NCBI GenBank assembly: GCA_951406725.2
Contig: OX597839.1
Coordinates: forward strand, 16,926,001 to 16,990,000
Direction: 5' to 3'
Length of the DNA: 64,000 nt
Source of the DNA: Octopus vulgaris
Lineage: Eukaryota
Numbering within the stretch: position 1 is the first letter of the stretch; every line of letters starts with the position of its first letter. This document shows positions 53,576 to 64,000 of the stretch, piece by piece. The notes under the pieces were generated by a model. It had not been told where the DNA came from. It was given only the letters and a program-made list of their open reading frames with translations, and did not search any database. The translations under genes were made by a program, and so were the position numbers.

Positions 53576-53810
53576 ATATAAAATCCGTTCTGTCTGTCTG
53601 TGTGTGTGTGTCTTCTAGGATCTTGGGCATCCTCCATCCGATTGTGCTCAAATTTGATATGTAGATACCGATGATATCAGGGCATGTATAAGTCTTGAAA
53701 CAATTACAAAAATCGATTTCAGGTGAGAATGCGATCGATAAAGCCATGGGAAATCGTTTTTCTTTGGAATAGAAAAGAAGTCTATCTTTATTTCTTCTTC
53801 TGCTGGTGTC
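53570..53810 (+). mobile_element. Probable Helitron 5' fragment
   Basis: tatataaaatcc + (CTGT)n + ccgatt..aaatttg layout parallels the other Helitrons in the window. Confidence 0.5.
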
Positions 53811-54064
53811 TCATATTTAGGTTAAATCAGTGTTTCGCAAAGGGGAGGCCTATGGGACGGTCAGACAAGTTGTTTTGAGAAAATTTGGTTTAAATGTTTG
53901 ACAACGCAGCACTGTCCATTGGACGGGGGACTTTTTGCCGAAATTGCGAGGATGATCCGGTTCTTGACTGAAGATTAGAGGCTTCGAATGACCCGTCCGT
54001 TTTTTGTGTCGTCTATTTGAATGTTTTGTGTTCTTGTCCCCATTTTGTATTTTTATATATATTT

Positions 54065-54129
<65 letters not shown>

Positions 54130-54131
<2 letters not shown>

Positions 54132-54815
54132 GGTGAAAGAGATATTTGAGACACTTAATTATCACTCTTCTATATTACTCTCTGTAAAGGCTTTTATTTC
54201 TTTCAAATCCCCATCGTAGATAAAATGTTAACACAAGAAATGAAAAGACACGCAGTCATTGTTGTCATATAAGTGAAACACAGTGATTTGGAAATTGCCA
54301 ACTTTCTAAATGGATGGAACAGGAAGCTTCTGGTAGGAATGTTTCAGCTGTATGAAAGAGAGAAAGACATATTCTAAACATTTGAATAAAACAAGAACAC
54401 TGCAATTCTGTGGATTCAGAATCTTATCAATAATAATCCCAGAAAATCAGTGAGGAGGGCCATCGAGAAAAACTTCAGATGTTGGTGTGACCTTTAAAAC
54501 TGCAGTGCATGAGGACGTTTAATACAGGTCATGTCTACTGAGGAGAAGCCAATTAATGTTGCTTGATCCATGCCAAATGGTTACTTAACAAGGTTAAAAT
54601 CCCTTATAAACATGGCATGCTTTGAAGATTTTCTGATGAGAAAAACAACCAGACCAAAAATCTAACAGGAGAATTGACAGAGGGTTATGTGCAGATCCTT
54701 CTGATGTCCCCAGAGTGATGCATGCTACGTTTCCAGCAACTGTGGTGGTTTTATAGGAGTGATGAGTAATGAAGGTCGCGTTGTGTTCCCTCCAATCTTT
54801 CAGTAAGGTCTAATA
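54130..54815 (+). mobile_element. Decayed Tc1/mariner (DD37D/maT-like) 5' half
   Basis: ta-cagggtg end; MLTQEMKRHAV, FSDEK, RGLCADPSDVPRVMHATFPATVVV motifs with frameshifts. Confidence 0.8.
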
Positions 54816-56028
54816 TTGATTTCAGTACCATTACTAGATGTGTGAGCTATCTCCAAAATCATAAAAAATCTTTTCATTTCACCTGGTCTTTAAATCAGAA
54901 TGTTCTTTGTTGCTAGGAAAAAACCTGAGAACATCCCTCAGTTGGTTATGTGAAGTAGTTAAAAAATATTGAGGGAAGTTTCGTTCAAACTTTAGCCCTT
55001 TCGCAGCTAAGCAACTACAACAACTGGTGTCTTTCTTTTCCTGTAGAATAGCTGTTACAGATAGCAATAGATATCCTGGTTCCTGTTATATTACTCATCT
55101 TTCCGACAGTATTCCAAACTAGCCAAAAACTGCCACCACCACCACCACCATTACCACCACCATCACACCGTTCTGTTGGATCAATATCTCTGTATAGACT
55201 GACCTGATAGAGACAACCGTAGAATATATGTGGCTGAAAAACATTTTGTATCCACCACAGTTTGAAAACAATTTCACCAACTCCTGTAAGCTATCCTTAG
55301 TCAACAGACTGTTTTTGACAAGTGTATGATGAAGACCAACCCCTTTCAGATGAAAAGTTATTGATGATAACATTAGAAAATGTACTAAAAAATGTGAAAA
55401 CTCATATTAGAATATCAATACATGTCTGTATATTATTGTTGTTACCCTGAAGGAATATTTAGGAGATATTTGCAAATTATGCAACAATTATAAGCAATCT
55501 GGGTGGATACTGACTCTAGAACAGAGTGTAATAAATTTACACTACAGAATAAAAGCAGTTAAATGCCTTTTATCATCATCATCAGTTAACATCTAATTTT
55601 CTATGCTGGCATGGGTGGGATGATTTCACTGGCACTGGCAAGCCAGAGGGCTTCATCAAGCTCTGCTAGGGTTGTTTTGTTGAAATAAAATTCTTCAAAG
55701 CAATGCTCCAGCATGGCTGCTGTCTAATGACTGAAACAAGTAGAAAGTAAAACAAAAGATATCATCATCATTACCACCACCACAACCACCACCACCACCA
55801 TCATCATCATCATTATTGTCATTTAGCATCTGTCTTCCATCTGGCATGAGTTGGATAGTCTGACAGCCAGAGGGCTGCAGCAAGCTCCACTGGGGTTGAT
55901 TTGTTCAAATAAAATTCTTCAAGGCAGGGCTCCAGTATGGCCACTGTCTAATGACTGAAACAAGTCGTCATTTTTATATCCGTTTTCCATGTTGGTATTG
56001 GTTGGATGTGGCAGGAACTGGTATGCCA

Positions 56029-56995
56029 GAGGATGATGGTGGTGGTGGCAATGGAGGTGGAGGTGGTGGTGGTGGTACTAATTGTGATGACAGTGGTGGT
56101 AGTGATGGTGGTGGTGGTGACAGTGGTGATGGTGGTGGCAGTTCTGGTTCTTGCTTTGGTGATGGTGGTGGTGGTGGTGATAATAGTAGTGGTTCTGGTT
56201 CTGGTTCTGGTGGTAGTGGTGGTGGTGACAGTGGTGATGATGGTGGCAGTTCTGGTTCTGGTGGTGGTGATGGTGGTGGTGGTGGTGGTGGTGATGGAGG
56301 TGGTGGTGATGGTGGTGGTGATGATGGTGGTGGTGATGGAGGTGGTGGTGATAGTGGTTGTGGCAGTGGTCGTGGTAGTGGTGATGAATGTAGTGGTGAT
56401 GGAAATGGTGGTGATGGTGGAGGTGGTTGGTCAACAGTAATGATGTTGGGAACTGGTGGTGGTGGTAATGGCGATATTAAATGTGCTGGTGGTGGTAGTC
56501 TTTGGTCACATGATAACAGTGTTAGGGTAATGAAGACATGTGCAGGGGGTCAAGACGGGAGGGGGGGGGCTCAGTCTATGTGGAGTTGCAGCAATTGGCC
56601 AAAAGTAGAAAATTAAACTGGACAAGCCAAATATCTGATCATCATCATCACCATCATCATGAACACCACCATTATCACCATCAACACCATCACCACCACT
56701 ATCACCATCACCGTGACCACCACTATAACCACCATCACCACCATTGTTACCAACAACAGTACTACAATTATCACTACCACCATCACCACTATCACCACAG
56801 TACTCCACCACCACCTTATCACCACTACCACCCTCACTAACACCATCATTACCACTATAACCACAACCACCACTACCACCACCAACACCACCACTACCAC
56901 CATCACTACCACCACCACTACCACTACAAATCCCCACCACCACCACCATCACCACCACTACCACCACCACTACCACTACAACCACCACCAACAAC
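56029..56995. repeat. Degenerate (GGT)n tract followed by a degenerate (ACC)n tract
   Basis: 56029-56500 GGT-rich; 56639-56995 ACC-rich. Confidence 0.95.
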
Positions 56996-57099
56996 AATAC
57001 CAGATCATATTTACATGCTACAAAGAAATTTTGTAATAATTCAAATTTTTAATTTTCTCCCTCCCCCCCTCTGACCCCATACATCTGTGATGTTGACAT

Positions 57100-58560
57100 A
57101 TTTTACCTTATTCTTTCTTTATCCTTTTCTTCCTTGCCTTATCTTCCTTTTTTACTTTCTTCCACTCTTTCATTCATTCCCCCCTCACTTTCATAACTTT
57201 TGTTCTTAACTTCATTCTAGCTTTCTTTGAATTGTTTTCCTTCCTTAAATTCTTCTTTTTCTTCCTAGCAACTTTCCTCCCTTCTCCACTTATTCCCTCA
57301 TATTTAGTATTGTTTTGTCTTCTTTTTTCTTTCATTTTTCTTTCCTTGACTCTTTCCTTCACTCTTTCCTTCACTCTTTCTAAATTTTCTTCCTTGCCTT
57401 TTTTACTCTCTTTCTTTAGTGAATTTTTCTTTCATTCATTTGTTCTTTCTTGATATCTATCCCTCATACATTCCTGTCTCCTTTCTCTCTTTTTTCCTTC
57501 ATTCTTCATATCCTATATTCTTTTTTCTTTCTTCCTTTTCTATTCTTTCATTTTTACATTTTTCTTTTTCTTTCACTCATTCAATCTTGACATGTATCTT
57601 TCATTCATTCCTGTTTTTTTTAAAAATTTTTTCACCCTTCTCTTCATTCTTCTTTACATTTTTCTCTTTTTCTTTCTTTCCTTCTTTTTCTTCTTCATTC
57701 TGCATATCTAACATTTCTTCCTTTCTCTCTTTCATTTATTCATTCTAGACAGCTATCTTTCATCCATTCATGTTTTTCCTTTCTTTCATTCTTTCCTTCC
57801 TTCTTCTTTACCTTACATTCCATCATTCTTCCTCTTTTTCTTCGTTTCCCTCTTTTTCCTCTCCATTTTACGCCCCTAACATTTCTTTTCTCTTTCTTTC
57901 TTCTACTTCACTTTCTCTTTACTTCCTTCTATTTTTCTCTTTCACTTCACTTTTTGTTTCTTTCCTTCTTTCTATCATTCATTCCATCCTTGACAACTAT
58001 CTGTCATTCATTGCTGTCTTTTCTTTCTCTCATTCTACCCTTCATTCTTTGTTACTTTACATTCCTTCATTCTTCATATCTATCATTTATTCCTTCCTTT
58101 CTTTCACTCATTCATCATTGACAACTATCTTTCATTCATTACTCTCTTTTCTTTCTCTCATTCTTCCCTTCATTCTTCATATCAAACATTTCTTTCTTTC
58201 TTTCACTCATTCATCCTTGACAACTATATTTCATTCATTCCTGCCTCTTCTTTCTCTCATTCTCCCCTTCATTCTTCATTACTTTATATTCCTTCATTCT
58301 TCACATCTAACATTTCTTCCTTCCTTTCCTCCTTCTTTATTTCTCTTTTACTTCCTTCTTTCATTCTTTTTTCATTCTTCACATCTCTTTCAATTCTTCC
58401 TTCATATCTTTTTATTCTCTCGCTCACTGCATATCTTGCCCTCCTTCTCTTCCCCCTCCCTTTCATGCCCTCCTCACTCCACCCCCTTCTCTCCTTATTC
58501 CCCATATATTTATTACGCTTTCTGCCCCTTTTCCTATATTTCTAGTATTTCTACATCCTA
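57100..58560. repeat. 1.4-kb polypyrimidine tract with a recurring degenerate unit
   Basis: cattca(tcc)ttgacaactatctttcattca-like motif recurs about 5 times. Confidence 0.85.
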
Positions 58561-58689
58561 ATTCATAATTAACCTCCTTGATTTATGGATGGGTTCTTTG
58601 AGGTGGTTGGCAGCTTGATTTGCTGGCTGGCTGGCTAGATGGCTGCCTGGCTGGTTTACTGTCTGGGAAGGTGGAAGAAGCAGACCTGG

Positions 58690-58751
<62 letters not shown>

Positions 58752-58982
58752 TATATATGTATGCATGTATGTGTATATATATGTATGTATATATGTATGT
58801 GTGTGTGCATGTGCATATATATATATATATATATACACATGCATAATATGTATATATATATATTATGCATGTATGTATGTGTATATATATATATATATAT
58901 ATATTTATGTACATATATATACACACATCCATATACACACATGCATAATATATATACATATATATATGTATATATATGCATA

Positions 58983-59021
<39 letters not shown>

Positions 59022-59027
<6 letters not shown>

Positions 59028-59761
59028 GTCATCCCATAAATAATGCGTTTTTTTTTATACTTCTTTTATCTTTCAAAATTAAGATAAATGAAGCTCTCTT
59101 TTAATCTAAAATCTTTTACAATGCTCGTCCATCTATCTGGTAGGCTTGCAAGGACCCTATTCCAAAATTCACTTGTCTGTGACAAAGACTACTCCTCCAG
59201 TACTGTTCTGATCTCATCTCCAGGATTCATATATTTTCTGTCTAAATGATTTTGAAGACTGGAATAAACAGTAATCAGATGGAACAATGTCTGGCATATA
59301 TGATGGGTGGGGCATCATTTCCCATTCAAACTGCTCCGGCTATTGGAATGTCATGCTCACTGTATGTGGCCGAGCATTATCCTGATGGAAGAACACCTTT
59401 AGTCTTGAAACCAAAGATGGTTGTTTTTCTTCTAGCGCTGACTTAAGCTGCTCAAGCTGCTCACAGTAGAACTTCTTTGTTATCATTTGGTTTGGGTTTA
59501 AAAGTTCAAAGTGCACTGAACCTTTTATATCCCACCAGACATATAACAATACCTTACGTGGGTGACGACCTTCTTTAACCTGGGTCCTACCCACTGTCTT
59601 CAGTGCTTGATATTTTCATAGGGAACTCATTTCTCATCCCCAGTCACTACTCAGTTCAAAAAAGGTTAATTTGTAAGATGTGACAGCAAAGAAGAGCATG
59701 CATTCACTCTCTGCACACAATTAGACTCGCAGAGTTTGTGAGGAACCCATTGATCCAATTT
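59022..59761 (-). mobile_element. Mariner 3' half
   Basis: HPRKVLLYVWWDIKG..HFELL...FFHQDNARPH; TIR ta-ttgggtcatcccataaataatgc. Confidence 0.95.
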
Positions 59762-60379
59762 GAGCCACAGAAATGGCACAAAAAAGGTCACTTAAACCCT
59801 TGAGCATTTAAACTGGCCATATCTGGCCCAAATATTCTACCTGTTTTATGTTCAAACTGGCCACATCTGGCCTCTCACACCTGCCCTACAATGTTGTTCT
59901 TAAAGTAAACAATCACATCATTGAAATCTTGTAGTTGCAAGATAATGCATGATTAATTAAAAGCAATGTGAATAAAAAAGCATTAAATAGTTAAACTAGC
60001 CATGTCTGGCCCAAATATTCTACCTGTTTTGATGTTGAGATGCATGTGCCTGGTGTAACTTTCTCAGATGGGTAGTCATGATGGGTGTACTAGGCTTCGT
60101 ACATTTTACCCCAGTGTCACTTAGATGACGTGCACTGCTCCCTCACTCAATAATAATAATAATAATAGTAATAATAATAATAATGATAATAATGATGATA
60201 ATAATAATATTGATAATAATAATAATAATAATAAAAATAGTAATAATGATGATGATGATGATAGTAATAATAATAATTATATTGATAATAATGATGATGA
60301 TGATGATAATAATAATAATAATATTGATAATAATGATGATGAAGATGACGATGATAGTAATAATAATAATAATACTAGT

Positions 60380-60773
60380 TATTTCTACTCTAGGCACAAG
60401 GCCCGAAACATTTTGGGGAAGGGGACTAGTCGATTACATCGACCCCAGTGTTTCACTGGTACTTAATTTATCAACCCAGAAAGGATGAAAGACAAAGTCG
60501 ACCTTGGTGGAATGTGAACTTGAAGTATAAAAGCAGACAAAATACCTATTTCTTTACTACCCACAAGGGGCTAAACACAGGGAGGACAAACAAGGACAGA
60601 CAAACGGATTAAGTCGATTATATCGACCCCAGTGCGTAACTGGTACTTATTTAATCGATCCCGAAAGGATGAAAGGCAAAGTCGACCTCGGCGGAATTTG
60701 AACTCAGAACGTAGCGGCAGACAAAATACCGTTATTTCGCCAGGCACGCTAACGATTCTGCCAGCTTGCCGCC

Positions 60774-60775
<2 letters not shown>
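60380..60775 (-). mobile_element. SINE B dimer inserted in an (AAT)n tract
   Basis: Two family B units; junction matches 14890-14910. Confidence 0.9.
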
Positions 60776-60840
<65 letters not shown>

Positions 60841-61298
60841 CAATGACTATGATGATGAGGATAAAACTACAAAAGCATCAGAAAACCCAAGAACCAAACA
60901 AATTTCATAATTCTTATGGGTATCAATACTTCAAAATAATTTTAGTTTTCTGTATTTATTACTTTCATTTTATGTTGTTATTGCTGTTTTTTTCTAATGG
61001 TTGGTGTGTGTGTGACGGTGGTGGTGGTGGGAGGGCTTCTACCTCTTGTTTTGTCTTTTCAACAACAATTAAAGTTTTGGTTATATAATAATATGTTTTT
61101 GAAAATAGAAATTTATTGATTTGACAGAAAGAAAATACATAAAAAAAAAAAATCACCAACACCAACAACAACAGCAGCAGCAACTGTAACAATAATAACA
61201 ATAGAAAAATTTACAAAACTGGGCAAACTAGATAAGTTTTCAATAGAATTATTATTTCCCTGAAGTATATCGTGTGTGTGTGTGTATGTATGTGTACA

Positions 61299-61340
<42 letters not shown>

Positions 61341-61852
61341 CATATTTGTATATGTATGATATATATACACATATGTATGTATATGTATGATATATATATA
61401 CATATGTATGTGTGTATACATATGCATATATATATATATATATACACATATGTATATGCATTAATATATATATGTGTGTGTGTGTATATATATATATAAT
61501 ATATCTAGTATATATTTCATAAGGCTTTATGTTTATCACAATATCATCATTGTCGTCACCATCATCATCATTTTCCCCATCATCATCATCTCCTCATCAC
61601 CATCATCCTCATCATAGTTTTATAGTTTCCTATCAGCTTTGCATGATGGCATGATTGGTTGTGTTGTCAGGGTTAGCGGTCAGAAGTACCTCTCACCTAA
61701 ATGGGTCAAAGAAACCTCATTTCATTAATGTTTCATTTTAGGCTGGGCTTCTACGGTTGGATGTCCTTCCAAACGCCAACCTCTTTTCAGTGTGTTTTGA
61801 GTACCGTATTCATAGCACCAGCACTAGACATGTTGCTATGTCTTCAACTAGA

Positions 61853-62110
61853 CCAGTTGGTTCTCAACCAGGGTCCATGTGACCCTTGTTGGTCCATATA
61901 AGATTTTGTCATTAAAATTTATGCGATAAATTATTTATGCTTCTTCAATAGACAAAATGTTTTAACAATTTTTCAAATACAATTCCTAATAATATCTAAT
62001 TATAAAAATACAGTAGGATGTTTTTTCTACACATTGAGTGGCTATGGAGGTCCAGCGGATAAAGTAGAGATGAAAAGGATCCATAGGCAAAAAATGGTTG
62101 AGAACCACTG
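61853..62110. mobile_element. hAT-type MITE
   Basis: cag(t)tggttctcaacca ... tggttgagaaccactg; a second right end at 62948-62964. Confidence 0.8.
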
Positions 62111-62179
62111 CTTTAAAGAATTACAACCTTCACAACATAAGAAAAAATTGCTTATGCTTCTACAATACTCAAAATATCC

Positions 62180-62460
62180 TTTCCTTTTCTAGTCTAGGCA
62201 CAAGGCCTGATATTTTGGGGGAGGGGGCCAGTCAATTAGATCGACCCCAGTATGCAACTGGTACTTAATTCATTGACCCAAAAAGGATGAAAAGCAAAGC
62301 TGACCACAGGACAATTTGAACTCAGAACATAAAATGCCGGGAAAAATGCCGTTAAGCAAAGTTGACCTTGGCAGAATTTGAACACAGAATGTAAAGACAG
62401 ATGTAATACCGTTAAGCAGTTCACCTTGTGTGCTAATGTTTCTGCCAGCTTGCTGCCTTA
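62180..62460 (-). mobile_element. SINE B with internal duplication
   Basis: Family B homology; aatttgaac.cagaa segment duplicated. Confidence 0.85.
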
Positions 62461-63242
62461 CAATACCCAGAATATTATAACAGTTATTTTTATACAATTC
62501 CTAATAATATTTAATTATAAAAATACAAGATCTTTTTTTAATTCAATGGCTTTAGTAAAATAACTTGTCGTTATACAGCTGGTATTTGGAGCATAAATTA
62601 ACAAGAAATTTTGAAGAATGGTTTTAATTTAGATTACTTTAATTCCTATTGTTACCCTATTTCTGTTCCAATTAATTTTGAAAATAATGACATATTTAGT
62701 AAAAATAACTTGTCATTATTCAGCTGGTGTTTGGAGCATAAATTAGAATCAAATTTTGACGGAAGGTTTTTAGATCACTTTAACACTTTGGACACAATAT
62801 TTTTGTTGAATTACACTTCCTTTGTTTCAGTTAATTTTGAAAATAAAGAAGAATTTATCAATATAACCTACTTACCAATTCAGGTATTTATGTGGTCTTG
62901 TAACCCAGTAGAGTAAAATAGGAGCCAAAGGGGTACATAAGCAAAATATGGTTGAGAACCACTGAACTAAACTAATGGGTCACTCAACCTCATGCTTTTT
63001 AAGTTCACAAAGTGTGTTTTTCATGATACTAACAATAGTAATAGAAGCTAACTATGAGTGTTGTGAGCATGAACAAGTCAGAATAGTTTTAGAGGCTTCA
63101 TGTTTGAAGGATTAAAACAGAAATTCTAAAATGAGATTAGTTGATGTGTGAGTTTTGATATTCCTGGCAGGGACCTCTTCTTTAAAGAAATGCCACATGC
63201 CAAAATATGAGAAATAACCTCTCTTCCTGGCAACATAAACAT

Positions 63243-63430
63243 AATTATAGGGGGAGAATTCACGAAAAAAAAAACAAAAGACGAAGACAGATGGTGTAGA
63301 AAACAAACAGATGTATTAGTATAACACTTGGGAATTGAAAATGTCTTTTACATTTCGAGCCTACACTCTTCCACAGAAAGGAGCACAGAAAGAAACAAGG
63401 AGAGAGAAAAATGTGTGTAGTGGCGAATGC
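63243..63430 (-). mobile_element. Family P1 copy with hammerhead-like motif at 63345-63380
   Basis: CTTT-CTGTGGA-A-GAGT-gtag-GCTC-GAAA-TG-TA-AAAG. Confidence 0.75.
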
Positions 63431-64000
63431 CAGACTAATTATACCATTTTATATTTTTGAGATGAGGAAATTATATTATGTACACTGTGTATATTTGTTG
63501 GCCTTGTGTCCTCATCTTGGTTGTTGTTTTTACTACATTTTGACTGTTGTATGCTCCAGCCTTTTTCAGGTGTCTTGTGTTGAACTTGGTTGCTGTTTTG
63601 GAATTTTGAAACTATTATGGTAGATGGAGTGAATGAGGTGATGACAGGCAGTACTAAGGGAAAGCGAAAGTAAAGTCTACTGAACATAGTTGATCCAATG
63701 CAGCTATCCATATAAGGTTCTGAAATGGATTGGAGAGGTCAAATAATGAGAACGGTAGCTGGGGTCATGGGAAGTCAGTTACTTTAATACATTCTTCCCT
63801 ATTTCCAAATTTAATTGAAAGAAGTGAAGTATGGTTCAATGGAACTGTGGTAACAAATTAATTAATGTGATCTAAATTAAGACCTTACATCAAAAATTTC
63901 ATCTTAATTTATGTTTCTAACTTCAGCTTCATCACGACAAAATTAGTATACTGAATTCGTCATTATTTTCAAAATTAATTGAAACGAAGCCAATGTATTT

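Noticed and set aside
53921-53998. CTGAAGA..CGAA..GTC within a ggacggg/cccgtcc stem
   Set aside because: It could not be folded into a three-stem hammerhead by eye.
55951-56616. 221-aa glycine-rich ORF
   Set aside because: It starts inside a SINE tail and is a (GGT)n tract open in multiple frames.
57770-58561. 263-aa F/S/L-rich ORF (the longest in the window)
   Set aside because: The polypyrimidine tract lacks stop codons for compositional reasons, and no domain is recognisable.

Overview
AT-rich metazoan non-coding DNA with no recognisable host protein-coding gene. It is probably intronic or intergenic octopus (coleoid cephalopod) sequence, inferred from the extreme (TA)n/(CA)n/(AAT)n/(GAT)n microsatellite load and the SINE types. 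The window is a nested mosaic of decayed transposons: Tc1/mariner (mariner, Tc1, DD37D-like, DD41D-like), piggyBac, hAT and a Merlin-like MITE, non-autonomous Helitrons, CR1-type LINE 3' ends and at least four SINE families. Almost all ORFs in the track are microsatellite artefacts. The most interesting signal is a set of about 12 minimal type-I hammerhead-ribozyme motifs, from at least 5 unrelated short repeat families, lying in or next to microsatellites as expected for Penelope-like-element (PLE) pLTR fragments. They have palindromic stem III, and several have non-canonical cores: a U3-A8 pair, an A3-U8 pair, and a U6 plus extra-A core whose position 7 varies freely across five copies. Also notable are four fold-back inverted duplications, a palindromic minisatellite packed with HSE/GAS/kB-like motifs and capped by a hairpin, and a LINE-SINE shared tail with a compensated stem-loop. 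Coordinates were read by eye and repeat boundaries are approximate; no searches or folding were run.
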